Positions 19,359-27,507 of a stretch of DNA of 64,000 nt are shown here, in pieces. Source of the stretch: Gemmatimonadaceae bacterium (GTDB lineage: Bacteria; Gemmatimonadota; Gemmatimonadetes; Gemmatimonadales; Gemmatimonadaceae); contig JBDSML010000177.1 of NCBI GenBank assembly GCA_039915865.1, forward strand, positions 3,323 to 67,322, given 5' to 3'. Both the position numbers and the translations under genes were made by a program. Positions within the stretch are counted from its first letter, which is position 1. Each line of letters opens with the position of its first letter. The notes under the pieces are model-generated. The model was not told the origin of the DNA. It was given only the letters and a program-made list of their open reading frames with translations, and searched no databases.

Positions 19359-20345
19359 TCAACCTCCGCCACGCACCTCCACGAGCTCGATCGACAACCC
19401 ATCCGGTCCCTCGATCATCGTCGCGCGCGTATCCCCGAACTCGTACGGTTCCGTCAGCACGCGCACGCCATTGCGACGCAACCGCCGAAGCATGACGTCG
19501 AGATCGTCCACCGAAAATGCCACGTGATCCAGCGCCTGTCCGCGCGACGGCACCAATCCCGTGCGCGGATACCATGACACCGTTCCATTGGCGAAGCGCA
19601 CGCCGGCCGACGGTTGGCGCACGGTGCCCGTCCGCTCGAGCGACGGCCAACCCGGCTCGTTGTGCGGCACGTCGCATGGCTTGACCGCGGACCGACCGGT
19701 GGGCAACACCATGCCGAGCTGCTCGACATACCAGTTGGCGGCGCAATGCGGCTGAGAATGAAAGAAGTGGAGGTGCGACAAGGCATCCTTCGTCGCCGGC
19801 GTGCCCACGAGCTCGAACAGCACGCCGTCCGGTCCGACGATGTAGCTGAAGCCTCCGTCGCGCGGTGCCGCCACGCTCGCGGTGTCGAGCTGCGCCGCCG
19901 TCAACAACCCGAGATACGGCGCGAGACCGGCCCGCCAGACGTGCGTGGAGTCTGTCGGCCGGAGATACAGAGGCTGATGCGTGATGCCAATCGTCGCCAG
20001 GCGAGCGGCGATGTCCGTCGTGTTCGTGCTTGCGCCGATGTGCCAGAACGCGCTCTGCGGTTGGGAGTGATGCAGCGAGTCGCTCCACGCGCCGGCCGGT
20101 GGATGGTCCACCTGCGTGAAGAGCAGCAGCATCTCCGCTTCGACTCCTGGCAACCCGGCCAGTGTCGTGCGATGCGCGCTTGGCCACAGCTTGAGGTACC
20201 AGGCAATGGCGGCGTCGGGATCGACGGAATTGAGCCCGACGTGATGCAGCTTCGGAACGGGCAGACGTTCCGACTGCGCGCCCAGCGCCGGCGTGTAGAT
20301 CATCACGGCGCCGAGGACGAACCTGATTGACGTGAGATGTCTCAT
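19359..20345 (-). CDS. secreted VOC (glyoxalase/dioxygenase-fold) family protein, two-module
   Basis: Signal peptide MRHLTSIRFVLGAVMIYTPALGAQ. HHVGLNSVDP and LDHVAFSVDDLD...GPDGLSIELVE are typical VOC repeats. Confidence 0.7.
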   Translation of the reverse strand: MRHLTSIRFVLGAVMIYTPALGAQSERLPVPKLHHVGLNSVDPDAAIAWYLKLWPSAHRTTLAGLPGVEAEMLLLFTQVDHPPAGAWSDSLHHSQPQSAFWHIGASTNTTDIAARLATIGITHQPLYLRPTDSTHVWRAGLAPYLGLLTAAQLDTASVAAPRDGGFSYIVGPDGVLFELVGTPATKDALSHLHFFHSQPHCAANWYVEQLGMVLPTGRSAVKPCDVPHNEPGWPSLERTGTVRQPSAGVRFANGTVSWYPRTGLVPSRGQALDHVAFSVDDLDVMLRRLRRNGVRVLTEPYEFGDTRATMIEGPDGLSIELVEVRGGG

Positions 20346-20394
20346 GGGCCGAACATACAGCGCTCCGTCACCACCGTCACGGCTGAAACGTCAA

Positions 20395-21138
20395 TCAGGG
20401 CTCGACGTCAACCAGTCCGAGCAGAAGATCGTACTCCTCCGCGAGTACTCGATAGCACTCGCAACTCGCGGTTTCCAGCTGCGCAGCGTCGGTGATTTGC
20501 ATGCGCCCATGACTCTTGCGCACCGCCCCGCGGGCCTCGAAGCGGCCCGAGATCTCGGTGACGCCGGCGCGGCGAACGCCGAGCATCTCGGAAATGAATT
20601 CGTGCGTGAGCTGCAGCTCGTCGCTGCCAATGCGGTCGCGCGACTCGAGCAGCCAGCGCGCGAAGCGTTGCTCGATGTTGTGGAGGCCGTTGCACGCGGC
20701 GTTCTGCGTAACTTGCGCGAGCATCGCCAGTTGTGCATGCGCCCGTAAAGACATCTTCGCGTGCATGGAGCAAGGCAATCGCTCAGTCACAGCACCCAGT
20801 CTTGCCATTCTCCCAACACCACTCGGCACAATCGATACGCCGCGTGAAATCGCAGCCGCTGGATGCTCCGTCGGCCAGTCTACCAGCGCGGGCGTGAGCA
20901 AGGCGATAATGGTGCCGAGAGAGCGGCTGCCGTTCCGCCTACCTGAACTGCAGCGCAGTGCGGGGTCGGTTGATAGGCGCGCGTCGTTCAAGCTCCAGCG
21001 AGTGGGTGTGGCGACCAAGCCAGGGCAGCTTCTCGTCGCATGCATCGTTCCCCTGCGCACCGATGCACGAGCGATTGCCGACGCAGTAGGTAGGGTCAAG
21101 CCGAGCGAGTGGGATGCGTTGTCGCTGGAGATCGCCAC
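20395..21138 (-). CDS. Crp/Fnr-family transcriptional regulator (C-terminal HTH clear, N-terminal sensor domain degraded or frameshifted)
   Basis: QNAACNGLHNIEQRFARWLLESRDRIGSDELQLTHEFISEMLGVRRAGVTEISGRFEARGAV...CECY is a strong match to the Crp-subfamily C-terminus. The N-terminal 120 aa are only weakly cNMP-like. A better N-terminal match (HRLIDVLRDALLSGDLQRQ) lies in another frame (ORF 20939..21298). Confidence 0.55.
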   Translation of the reverse strand: MAISSDNASHSLGLTLPTASAIARASVRRGTMHATRSCPGLVATPTRWSLNDARLSTDPALRCSSGRRNGSRSLGTIIALLTPALVDWPTEHPAAAISRGVSIVPSGVGRMARLGAVTERLPCSMHAKMSLRAHAQLAMLAQVTQNAACNGLHNIEQRFARWLLESRDRIGSDELQLTHEFISEMLGVRRAGVTEISGRFEARGAVRKSHGRMQITDAAQLETASCECYRVLAEEYDLLLGLVDVEP

Positions 21139-21307
21139 TCAGCAGAGCATCTCTCAGGACGTCAATCAGGCGGTGGCTACGGTGTTTCGAGAACAGACGT
21201 GGCCCACCGCAAGGCGAGTTGCACGAGATGGGATCCGCGCAGCAAAGATTCCCGGAACATCGAACTGGGGATCCTGTCCTGGGTGCTCTCCTCAGCAACT
21301 GCAGGGT

Positions 21308-22189
21308 ATGACCGTCACGGCCGGGTACAACTACTCAATGATCGACCACTGGGTGGTGTCCAAATTGTTCTCGCAGTTTGGTGGAGAACACCCGGTAGCT
21401 GTGGATTGGTACCTGGTGAACGAATGGAGACAGCAGTGTGAGGACTACAATCAGGCCTACTGGACCTGGTACCAGACGAGGGACCAGGTAGCCGCCAACG
21501 CGAATGATGTCGCGAACGATATCGAGGCGCTGGCCGATCAGATGGAGGCTGCTGTCCTGCAGCTGGAAACGGCGGACAATAGCTGTGAACGTGTCGCCGG
21601 AAAGCCAGTGTGCATAGACTTCTTCATCATGAATTGCACGCTCCTCTTGGTTGGCGAGGGCGACTGTCGGGGGTTCGACCCGGATGCAAAATTCTCGAAT
21701 TCGCGCGTACAGATGTACCTGAATCCCGAGACAAAGATCTGGGAGGTCATATACAACTGCACGCGCTTCGTGGTAGCGGGTCAGCCGGTCGTTTCGATGT
21801 GCGATTCTGCAGCGGTGTTCGATCCGACGAGGGACGTTCACGTCACGTCGACGGGCACCGACGCATTTCTCGTGGAAATGCAGTTCTTGAACAATGCGTG
21901 TGCGTCCATACCTAAGCCGCTGTGTCCACCCCCGATCAACGCGTCGGTGAATTTCACACGAAATGCAGCAGCCCCTGGTGGCTGGCAGGTGAATTTTGTA
22001 CGGGACGGATTTCCGTCGATGGGGATTTACAGCCGCAATGCGACAGACACCGGTTTCGACGTGGTGAAGGAAGATCCCCAAAAAACTCGCAACGGCATCA
22101 ATGCCATGCGAGCACTGGCGGGGCAAATTCGTTCAGAGGGATCGAATGTTCCTCCACCGGACAACCCAAATGAGTGCGAAGTATCGTGA
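21308..22189 (+). CDS. orphan Cys-rich protein, possibly DUF3238-like C-terminal domain; atypically low G+C
   Basis: 3' part of ORF 20516..22189; the 5' part is antisense to the Crp gene. It is 293 aa from the first ATG, and in-frame GTGs at 21173/21182 are alternative starts. It has 10 Cys and no signal peptide. Motifs: GDCRGFDP...SNSRVQMYL and VRDGFPSMGIY. Two hand-counted 60-nt lines are 55% G+C. Confidence 0.6.
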   Translation: MTVTAGYNYSMIDHWVVSKLFSQFGGEHPVAVDWYLVNEWRQQCEDYNQAYWTWYQTRDQVAANANDVANDIEALADQMEAAVLQLETADNSCERVAGKPVCIDFFIMNCTLLLVGEGDCRGFDPDAKFSNSRVQMYLNPETKIWEVIYNCTRFVVAGQPVVSMCDSAAVFDPTRDVHVTSTGTDAFLVEMQFLNNACASIPKPLCPPPINASVNFTRNAAAPGGWQVNFVRDGFPSMGIYSRNATDTGFDVVKEDPQKTRNGINAMRALAGQIRSEGSNVPPPDNPNECEVS

Positions 22190-22749
22190 CACTCGCGGCG
22201 CGTACAACACTCTCTTGCCTTGCAGTGGTCATTGGCTGCAGCGCAGGTACGAAGCCAGGCGACCTCACGCCTGTTGCTTGTCCATCAGTTACGCTCGACG
22301 AGCGTGGGTGGCGGCTGCTCACCAGCTTTGAGAGTGGCTTTGAGCTGACGCTCCCCTCGGCATATCAGCAAAAGCGATGGAACGCTGCCTCGTCCGAGGA
22401 TCTGCTCAAGCGGGTCGACCCGTGGCGCGACGGCTACCCCGTTAACAATGTGAAGGTGGCCCTTATCCCAAGGGATAGCGCCGAGACCTGGATTCATCCC
22501 GGCGCCATAGTCAATCGGTGTCAGCTAATGACAGGGTCGGGGGTGGCCACGGTTGTCCTGCAGGAAACCACCACTCCAACAGGGGGGATGACGACCGCGC
22601 GAGAGTTCATTGTGGAGGTTCGACTTCCCCTTCCGAGAGCGAGCCAGTTCGTTCATATCATTGGCGTGTCGCGTTCTCGGGAGTTGTTGCTTGAACAACT
22701 GCAGATCGCACGAACCCTTCGATTGCTCGACACGGGTGGCCTCCCGTAG
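22174..22749 (+). CDS. orphan lipoprotein
   Basis: The GTG start overlaps the upstream stop region by 16 nt. Lipobox LAVVIGCSAG. No family recognised. Confidence 0.55.
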   Translation: MRSIVTLAARTTLSCLAVVIGCSAGTKPGDLTPVACPSVTLDERGWRLLTSFESGFELTLPSAYQQKRWNAASSEDLLKRVDPWRDGYPVNNVKVALIPRDSAETWIHPGAIVNRCQLMTGSGVATVVLQETTTPTGGMTTAREFIVEVRLPLPRASQFVHIIGVSRSRELLLEQLQIARTLRLLDTGGLP

Positions 22750-22862
22750 CGCGTCACGGCCGAAACAGCCGTCGGTAGTCTTGATGTTTGGTGTCGGGAA
22801 GGTCAGGCTCCGGGAGACATGTCCGGAGCCTCGCCTCTCTCGAAGCTCAGCACGGGGGTGAC

Positions 22863-23267
22863 ATGACCGACACCCGACTCAAAGCGGCAGTCGTCCTCTG
22901 GATTCTCTATGCGGCCGCGTACGTGGTCGCGATCGTCCTGGGACTCTTGACGCCCGATATCATTCCCTTGCTGGCCGGCGTTCCGCTTATCGTAGCCTCC
23001 CTAATGTTCGCGCTACTTGCCTGGCCAGCAGCTAGAAAGCTGGGTCTGGGGGTCGTTGCAGCTTCGGTAGTGCAGCTCGTGATTGCAGTGCTCCTTACTG
23101 GTGGACCTGGCCGCAGTTGGCATGTTGGCGTGCGCCATTGGATCAATGCTCCCGGACTTCCATCGTCGGCGCTGCCGTTGGCGTGGGTTGTTGCCGCGGT
23201 CATGCCGCTCGCAATCACGGTCGTGGCGCTGGTAGGCGCGCGGCGCATCGAACGTCAGCAGGGTTAG
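22863..23267 (+). CDS. orphan small integral membrane protein (about 4 TM helices)
   Basis: ORF 22788..23267, trimmed to MTDTRLKAAVVLWILYAAAYVVAIVLGLL. Four hydrophobic stretches. No family recognised. Confidence 0.55.
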   Translation: MTDTRLKAAVVLWILYAAAYVVAIVLGLLTPDIIPLLAGVPLIVASLMFALLAWPAARKLGLGVVAASVVQLVIAVLLTGGPGRSWHVGVRHWINAPGLPSSALPLAWVVAAVMPLAITVVALVGARRIERQQG

Positions 23268-23475
23268 CATGGTCGGGCGCCAATCGCGTATCATCATGCC
23301 GGCCTGGGCGCCCATTCGTCAGTCAAGTATTCCTCAGCGCGACGTTGGGATCCAGACGCCTCCCGCGGAGAGCAGCCGTAGCGTCGCCTCGTCGTTCGTT
23401 GACTTGACACCATGCCGAAAATATCGCGCGGCGAGGCCAACGACGACGCCGCGTCGGCGGTGTCAGCTCGCCTGA

Positions 23476-24123
23476 TCAGTTGTCGCCGCTTGACCGGGCA
23501 CGGTTCGGCAGGGAAGCAGGAATGTTGAAGATGAATGGGGTCCCCTCGCCGACGACGCTCTCTGCGTGCACGCGTCCCCCGTGCGCCTCGACGAGCCCCC
23601 GCACGATCGACAGCCCAAGCCCGGTGCCGAACCGCGCCGTCTCGCGCGCCTGCCAGAAACGATCGAACACATGGGGCAGATTTTCCGGAGCGATGCCGGA
23701 ACCGGTATCGCGCACCGACAACTGCACACCGTCGTCGCTCGGCACCGCGGCGAAGACGATACGCCCGTTCTTCGGGGTGAACTTGATGGCATTGCCGCCA
23801 AGGTTCGCGAGTACCTGAAGCAGTCGCTCCCGATCGGCGTTCATGACGGGCAACTCATGCGCGACGTCCGCCTCCAGCGTGATTCCCTTCGCATTGGCGA
23901 GCGGACACAGTACATCGACAGCCTTCGCGACGCGTCCGTCTACCGACACGGGTGCCGGTACGACGACGAGCTGACCGGCGTCGATTGCCGCGACGTTGAG
24001 CAGGTCGTGAATCAGCCGCCGCATCCGCTCTGTCGACCGATGCACCGCGCGGAGCTGGTCGCGCGTGCGCGCATGCGCCGCATCGCCGTTGGAGCACGTC
24101 GTTGGAGCACGTCGTTGGAGCAC
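23476..24123 (-). pseudogene. 5'-truncated sensor histidine kinase remnant (HATPase_c plus the distal part of the dimerisation helix only)
   Basis: N, G1 and G2 boxes are present (LLQVLANLGGNAIKF, VRDTGSGI, GTGLGLSIV), as is the X-region RMRRLIHDLLNVAAIDAG. The H-box/phospho-acceptor His, sensor and TM regions are absent. The ORF's 5' end runs into the 13-bp tandem repeat, and only 27 nt separate that repeat from the next gene. Confidence 0.7.
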
Positions 24124-24203
24124 GTCGTTCGAGCACGTCGTTGGAGTTCGCCGTTGGAGTTCGTCGTTGGAATCCGCCGTTGGAGTTCGCCCTTGGAGTT
24201 CGC
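24087..24203. repeat. 13-bp tandem repeat, 9 copies (two subtypes)
   Basis: Copies in order: cgttggagcacgt x3, cgttcgagcacgt, cgttggagttcgc, cgttggagttcgt, cgttggaatccgc, cgttggagttcgc, ccttggagttcgc. They are head to tail with no spacers. Confidence 0.95.
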
Positions 24204-24230
24204 TCTCTTCGGCGCTCGTGGCTGCCGAAG

Positions 24231-25766
24231 CTAGACGTGATGGAGCCTACGCGTATTGGTCGAAACACGAGACGCTAGTACGAGCGCGAGAACGATCAGC
24301 GCCGCGGCAACGTCAAACGTCAGCCGCATGCCGGTCGCAACAGCGTCGGGATGCGCCGACATGATGTTGGTCGTTCCGGATCCGAACGCGAACACCGTGC
24401 CCATGACGGATGCGCCGGTGATGAGTCCGAGATTGCGCGAGAGGTTGAGCATGCCGGAAATCACGCCGCGCTGATGCGCTGGCGTGGCTGTCATGACCGC
24501 CGTGTTGTTCGCCGCCTGAAACAGGGCATAGCCTGCGGTGATGACGACGAGCGGGACGACGTAGCCCGCGACGCCGACGCTCGTCGGCATCGAGGCCAAT
24601 GCGGAGCAGCCGCCCGCCATCGCGATCAACCCGATGATGGTGGTCCGCGGTGCGCCAAGCCGGTCAACGATTCGGCCGGCAGGCACACCGGTGAATGCAG
24701 CGACGATGGGGCCGCACGACATCACGAGTCCGACACGCGCTGCACCGAGCGCAAGTGCGCCAGAGAGATAGAATGGCCCAACCACCAGCGTCGCCATCAC
24801 GACGGTCGTGACGAGCGCGCTCATCGCGAAGCCTGCGCGCAGCGCTCGATCGCGAAACATGGCCAACGGTATCAACGGCGTTGCCGCTCTCGCCTCGACG
24901 AGGATGAATGCGCCGACGCCGACAGCTGTCGCGACGAGGAGGCCAGCGTTGACGAGGCCGAAGTGTCCGCGTCCCGTCGTCATGGCGAGCGCATATGCGG
25001 CGAGCGTCAGGGCAAGCAGCAGGGTGCCACGATGATCGAAGCCAGCGCGGTCCGTGCTCGTCGTCGGCCGGTCAACCGGCAGGAACCGATCGGCGAGCAA
25101 CAGCGCCAGCATGCCCACGGGACCATTGATGAAGAAGATGGCTGGCCATCCGAACACGCCGATCAATGCCCCGCCGAGCGAGGGTCCGAGTGCCGTGCCA
25201 ATCGCGGACATCGCGCCGAGGAGCCCCATGGCGCTACCGAGCTTCGCGTTCGGTACGGACTCGCCCACGAACGCCATCGTCAGTGCCATCATGATGGCGG
25301 CGCCGAGACCCTGTGCGACGCGCGCGGCGATCAGCAGCGCGAGCGTCGGCGCGATGCCGCAGGCGACCGACGCCACCGTGAACAGGAAGATCCCGACAAG
25401 CAGCAGGCGTCGGCGGCCGGTGAGGTCACCGAGCCGTCCGACGCTGACGATGACGGTCGTGATGGCGAGTAGATAGGCGAGGACGACCCACTGCACGTGC
25501 TGGAACGAGGCGTTGAATGCCCGTCCCAGCGTCGGCAGGGCGACGTTCGCGATGCTGGTGCCGAGGGACGACAGGAGCATCGACAGCGACAGGCTGACGA
25601 GCGCCCACCGAACGGAGGATGTCCGTTCGACGCCGTCATCGCTCGCGTCGCGTCGTCCAGCAGTGGTCGATTCCAATGCGTCCTCCCTGTTCTGGTGGCT
25701 GCTTCCGGCGGCGACATCAGAGAGGTAGGCGATTCCGGGATAGGGCGGAAGACGCACGATTTGCAA
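24231..25766 (-). CDS. MFS transporter, DHA2 (EmrB/QacA, 14-TMS) drug:H+ antiporter type
   Basis: GTSIANVALPTLGRAF, GRLGDLTGRRRLLLVG, about 14 hydrophobic segments, 511 aa. It is divergent from a LysR regulator. The start is not certain. Confidence 0.85.
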   Translation of the reverse strand: MQIVRLPPYPGIAYLSDVAAGSSHQNREDALESTTAGRRDASDDGVERTSSVRWALVSLSLSMLLSSLGTSIANVALPTLGRAFNASFQHVQWVVLAYLLAITTVIVSVGRLGDLTGRRRLLLVGIFLFTVASVACGIAPTLALLIAARVAQGLGAAIMMALTMAFVGESVPNAKLGSAMGLLGAMSAIGTALGPSLGGALIGVFGWPAIFFINGPVGMLALLLADRFLPVDRPTTSTDRAGFDHRGTLLLALTLAAYALAMTTGRGHFGLVNAGLLVATAVGVGAFILVEARAATPLIPLAMFRDRALRAGFAMSALVTTVVMATLVVGPFYLSGALALGAARVGLVMSCGPIVAAFTGVPAGRIVDRLGAPRTTIIGLIAMAGGCSALASMPTSVGVAGYVVPLVVITAGYALFQAANNTAVMTATPAHQRGVISGMLNLSRNLGLITGASVMGTVFAFGSGTTNIMSAHPDAVATGMRLTFDVAAALIVLALVLASRVSTNTRRLHHV

Positions 25767-25818
25767 TGTATTCGTGCGTTTGACGCCACATCACGGCAAC
25801 ATGTGCTATTGTCGATGC

Positions 25819-26724
25819 ATGCCGACACCCGATCTCAACCTGCTGTTCACGCTGGACGTGCTGCTCGCGGAGGGCAGCGTGGCGCGCGCGGCGCAGCGAC
25901 TGCGCCTGAGCCCATCGGCGATGAGCCGGTCGCTGTCGCGACTGCGCGACGCGACCGGCGATCCGCTGCTCGTGCGGGCGGGACGCGGTCTCGTTCCCAC
26001 GCCGCGCGCGCTCGAGTTGCGGGAGCAGGTCAGTCAACTCGTGCGCGACGCAGCAGTCGTGCTTCGGCCGGCCGAGACGCTCGACCTCGGGCAACTCGTC
26101 AGGACCTTCACGCTTCGCACACGCGAAGGTTTCGTCGAGAACTTCGGCCCGGAGCTGATTGCGCGCGTCGGCATGGCGGCTCCTGGCGTGCGGCTCTCCT
26201 TTGTGCAGAAGCCCAACAAGGAGAGCACGTCCCTGCGCGACGGCACCGTCGATCTCGAGACTGGCGTCGTGGGAAAGACGACCAGTCCGGAGGTGCGTAC
26301 ACGTGCGCTGTTCAGCGATCGCTTCGTCGGCGTCGTGCGTACAGGTCACAGCCTCAGTCAGCGCGCGATCACTCCAGCGCGCTACGTGAGTGGGAAACAC
26401 ATTGCCGTCTCTCGGCGAGGGCTCGACAAGGGACCGATCGATGACGCGTTGACCCCACTCGGGCTGGAGCGCGAGATCGTTGCGATCGTCGGTGGATTTT
26501 CGGCCGCACTCGCACTCGCTCGGGGCTCGGACCTGATCGCCAGTGTTCCCGAGCGGCTGACTGGCAACCTGCGCGCGGGTATGCACAGCTTTCCGCTTCC
26601 GGTGTTCATGCCGGAGTTCACGATCTCATTGCTCTGGCATCCGCGAATGGATGCCGATGCAGCGCATCGCTGGCTGCGTGGTCTCGTGCGGGATGTCTGT
26701 GCGGGTAACGCTTCCGGTCCGTGA
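25819..26724 (+). CDS. LysR-family transcriptional regulator
   Basis: ORF 25774..26724, trimmed to MPTPDLNLLFTLDVLLAEGSVARAAQRLRLSPSAMSRSLSRLR (wHTH). Confidence 0.9.
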   Translation: MPTPDLNLLFTLDVLLAEGSVARAAQRLRLSPSAMSRSLSRLRDATGDPLLVRAGRGLVPTPRALELREQVSQLVRDAAVVLRPAETLDLGQLVRTFTLRTREGFVENFGPELIARVGMAAPGVRLSFVQKPNKESTSLRDGTVDLETGVVGKTTSPEVRTRALFSDRFVGVVRTGHSLSQRAITPARYVSGKHIAVSRRGLDKGPIDDALTPLGLEREIVAIVGGFSAALALARGSDLIASVPERLTGNLRAGMHSFPLPVFMPEFTISLLWHPRMDADAAHRWLRGLVRDVCAGNASGP

Positions 26725-26773
26725 AACGCCGCGCCATCATTGGAGCGCCTGGGGACCCTCACCAAACTGACCC

Positions 26774-27298
26774 ATGGTACGCCTGATTGCGCTCGCACTC
26801 GGAGTCTCGTCGCTGACGACGCCCATGTCGGCGCAGGCTCCGCGAGCCAGCCACGCCGTCTCCGCCGATACGCAGCGTGTCGTGTTCGCGTGCGAACATG
26901 GCAGCGTGAAGAGCATGATCGCCACGAGCATCACTCGGTTGATCGATGAGTTGATGGGGCGCAAGCCGCTCGACGTCGGCGCCATGCGCTTTTGCCTCGA
27001 CTGCGGGGGGAGGATGTCGTTCGACAAGCCACGCGGCTTGCGCATCGTTGACCCGAGCGAGCGTGTGCTGTTCATGTCTGCGGGCACTGCTACGACATTC
27101 GTGTGGGCGACGCCGCAAGCGGAGGCGTTGAATGATCTCGACGACACGCACCTCGCGAAGCTCGACGTCGCTACGGCCGCGAGCGCCACGCAGCTCTTCG
27201 GCACGCAATACGCCAATGGTCTCATCACCGTCACGCTCAACGAGGCAGGTACGAATGCGTGGAAAAAAGCAGTCGCCATTCGGGCAACCAAGCCGTAA
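26774..27298 (+). CDS. hypothetical secreted protein
   Basis: Signal peptide MVRLIALALGVSSLTTPMSAQA and high GC3 in this frame. The motif VVFACEHGSVKSMIA vaguely recalls a LMW-phosphatase-like P-loop but is not convincing. The overlapping minus ORF 26737..27372 looks non-coding. Confidence 0.5.
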   Translation: MVRLIALALGVSSLTTPMSAQAPRASHAVSADTQRVVFACEHGSVKSMIATSITRLIDELMGRKPLDVGAMRFCLDCGGRMSFDKPRGLRIVDPSERVLFMSAGTATTFVWATPQAEALNDLDDTHLAKLDVATAASATQLFGTQYANGLITVTLNEAGTNAWKKAVAIRATKP

Positions 27299-27507
27299 TC
27301 CGCGCTCGTCCCTGAATGCTCAGCAGCGGATGAGTTTGTCGCGAAAGTAGTCATCAGGCCAAGCACCGCCACCCGAATCGCTTCGGTTCAGTGATGTCGC
27401 TTACACGAAAATTGTGAGCGAATCGCAAGTGGAACATTCGATACCGGGCCTCTGTTCTACCTGCTTCCGACATTGCGTGCACGACTCCACTGACCAAGCA
27501 GGACGAC

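Noticed and set aside
23269-23475. 68-aa ORF and possible att-like direct repeats at the right edge of the low-G+C patch
   Set aside because: The ORF has no coding signature. The only shared strings with the left edge are short GGGATCC-containing matches, which is too short to call attachment sites.
24087-24203. Possible CRISPR array
   Set aside because: The units are 13 bp and directly abutting without spacers. No cas genes or leader are present. It is a simple tandem repeat.
26737-27372. 211-aa minus-strand ORF overlapping the hypothetical secreted protein gene
   Set aside because: The plus-strand frame has the G/C-rich third positions and a signal peptide. The minus product is Ser/Ala/Thr-rich without features.
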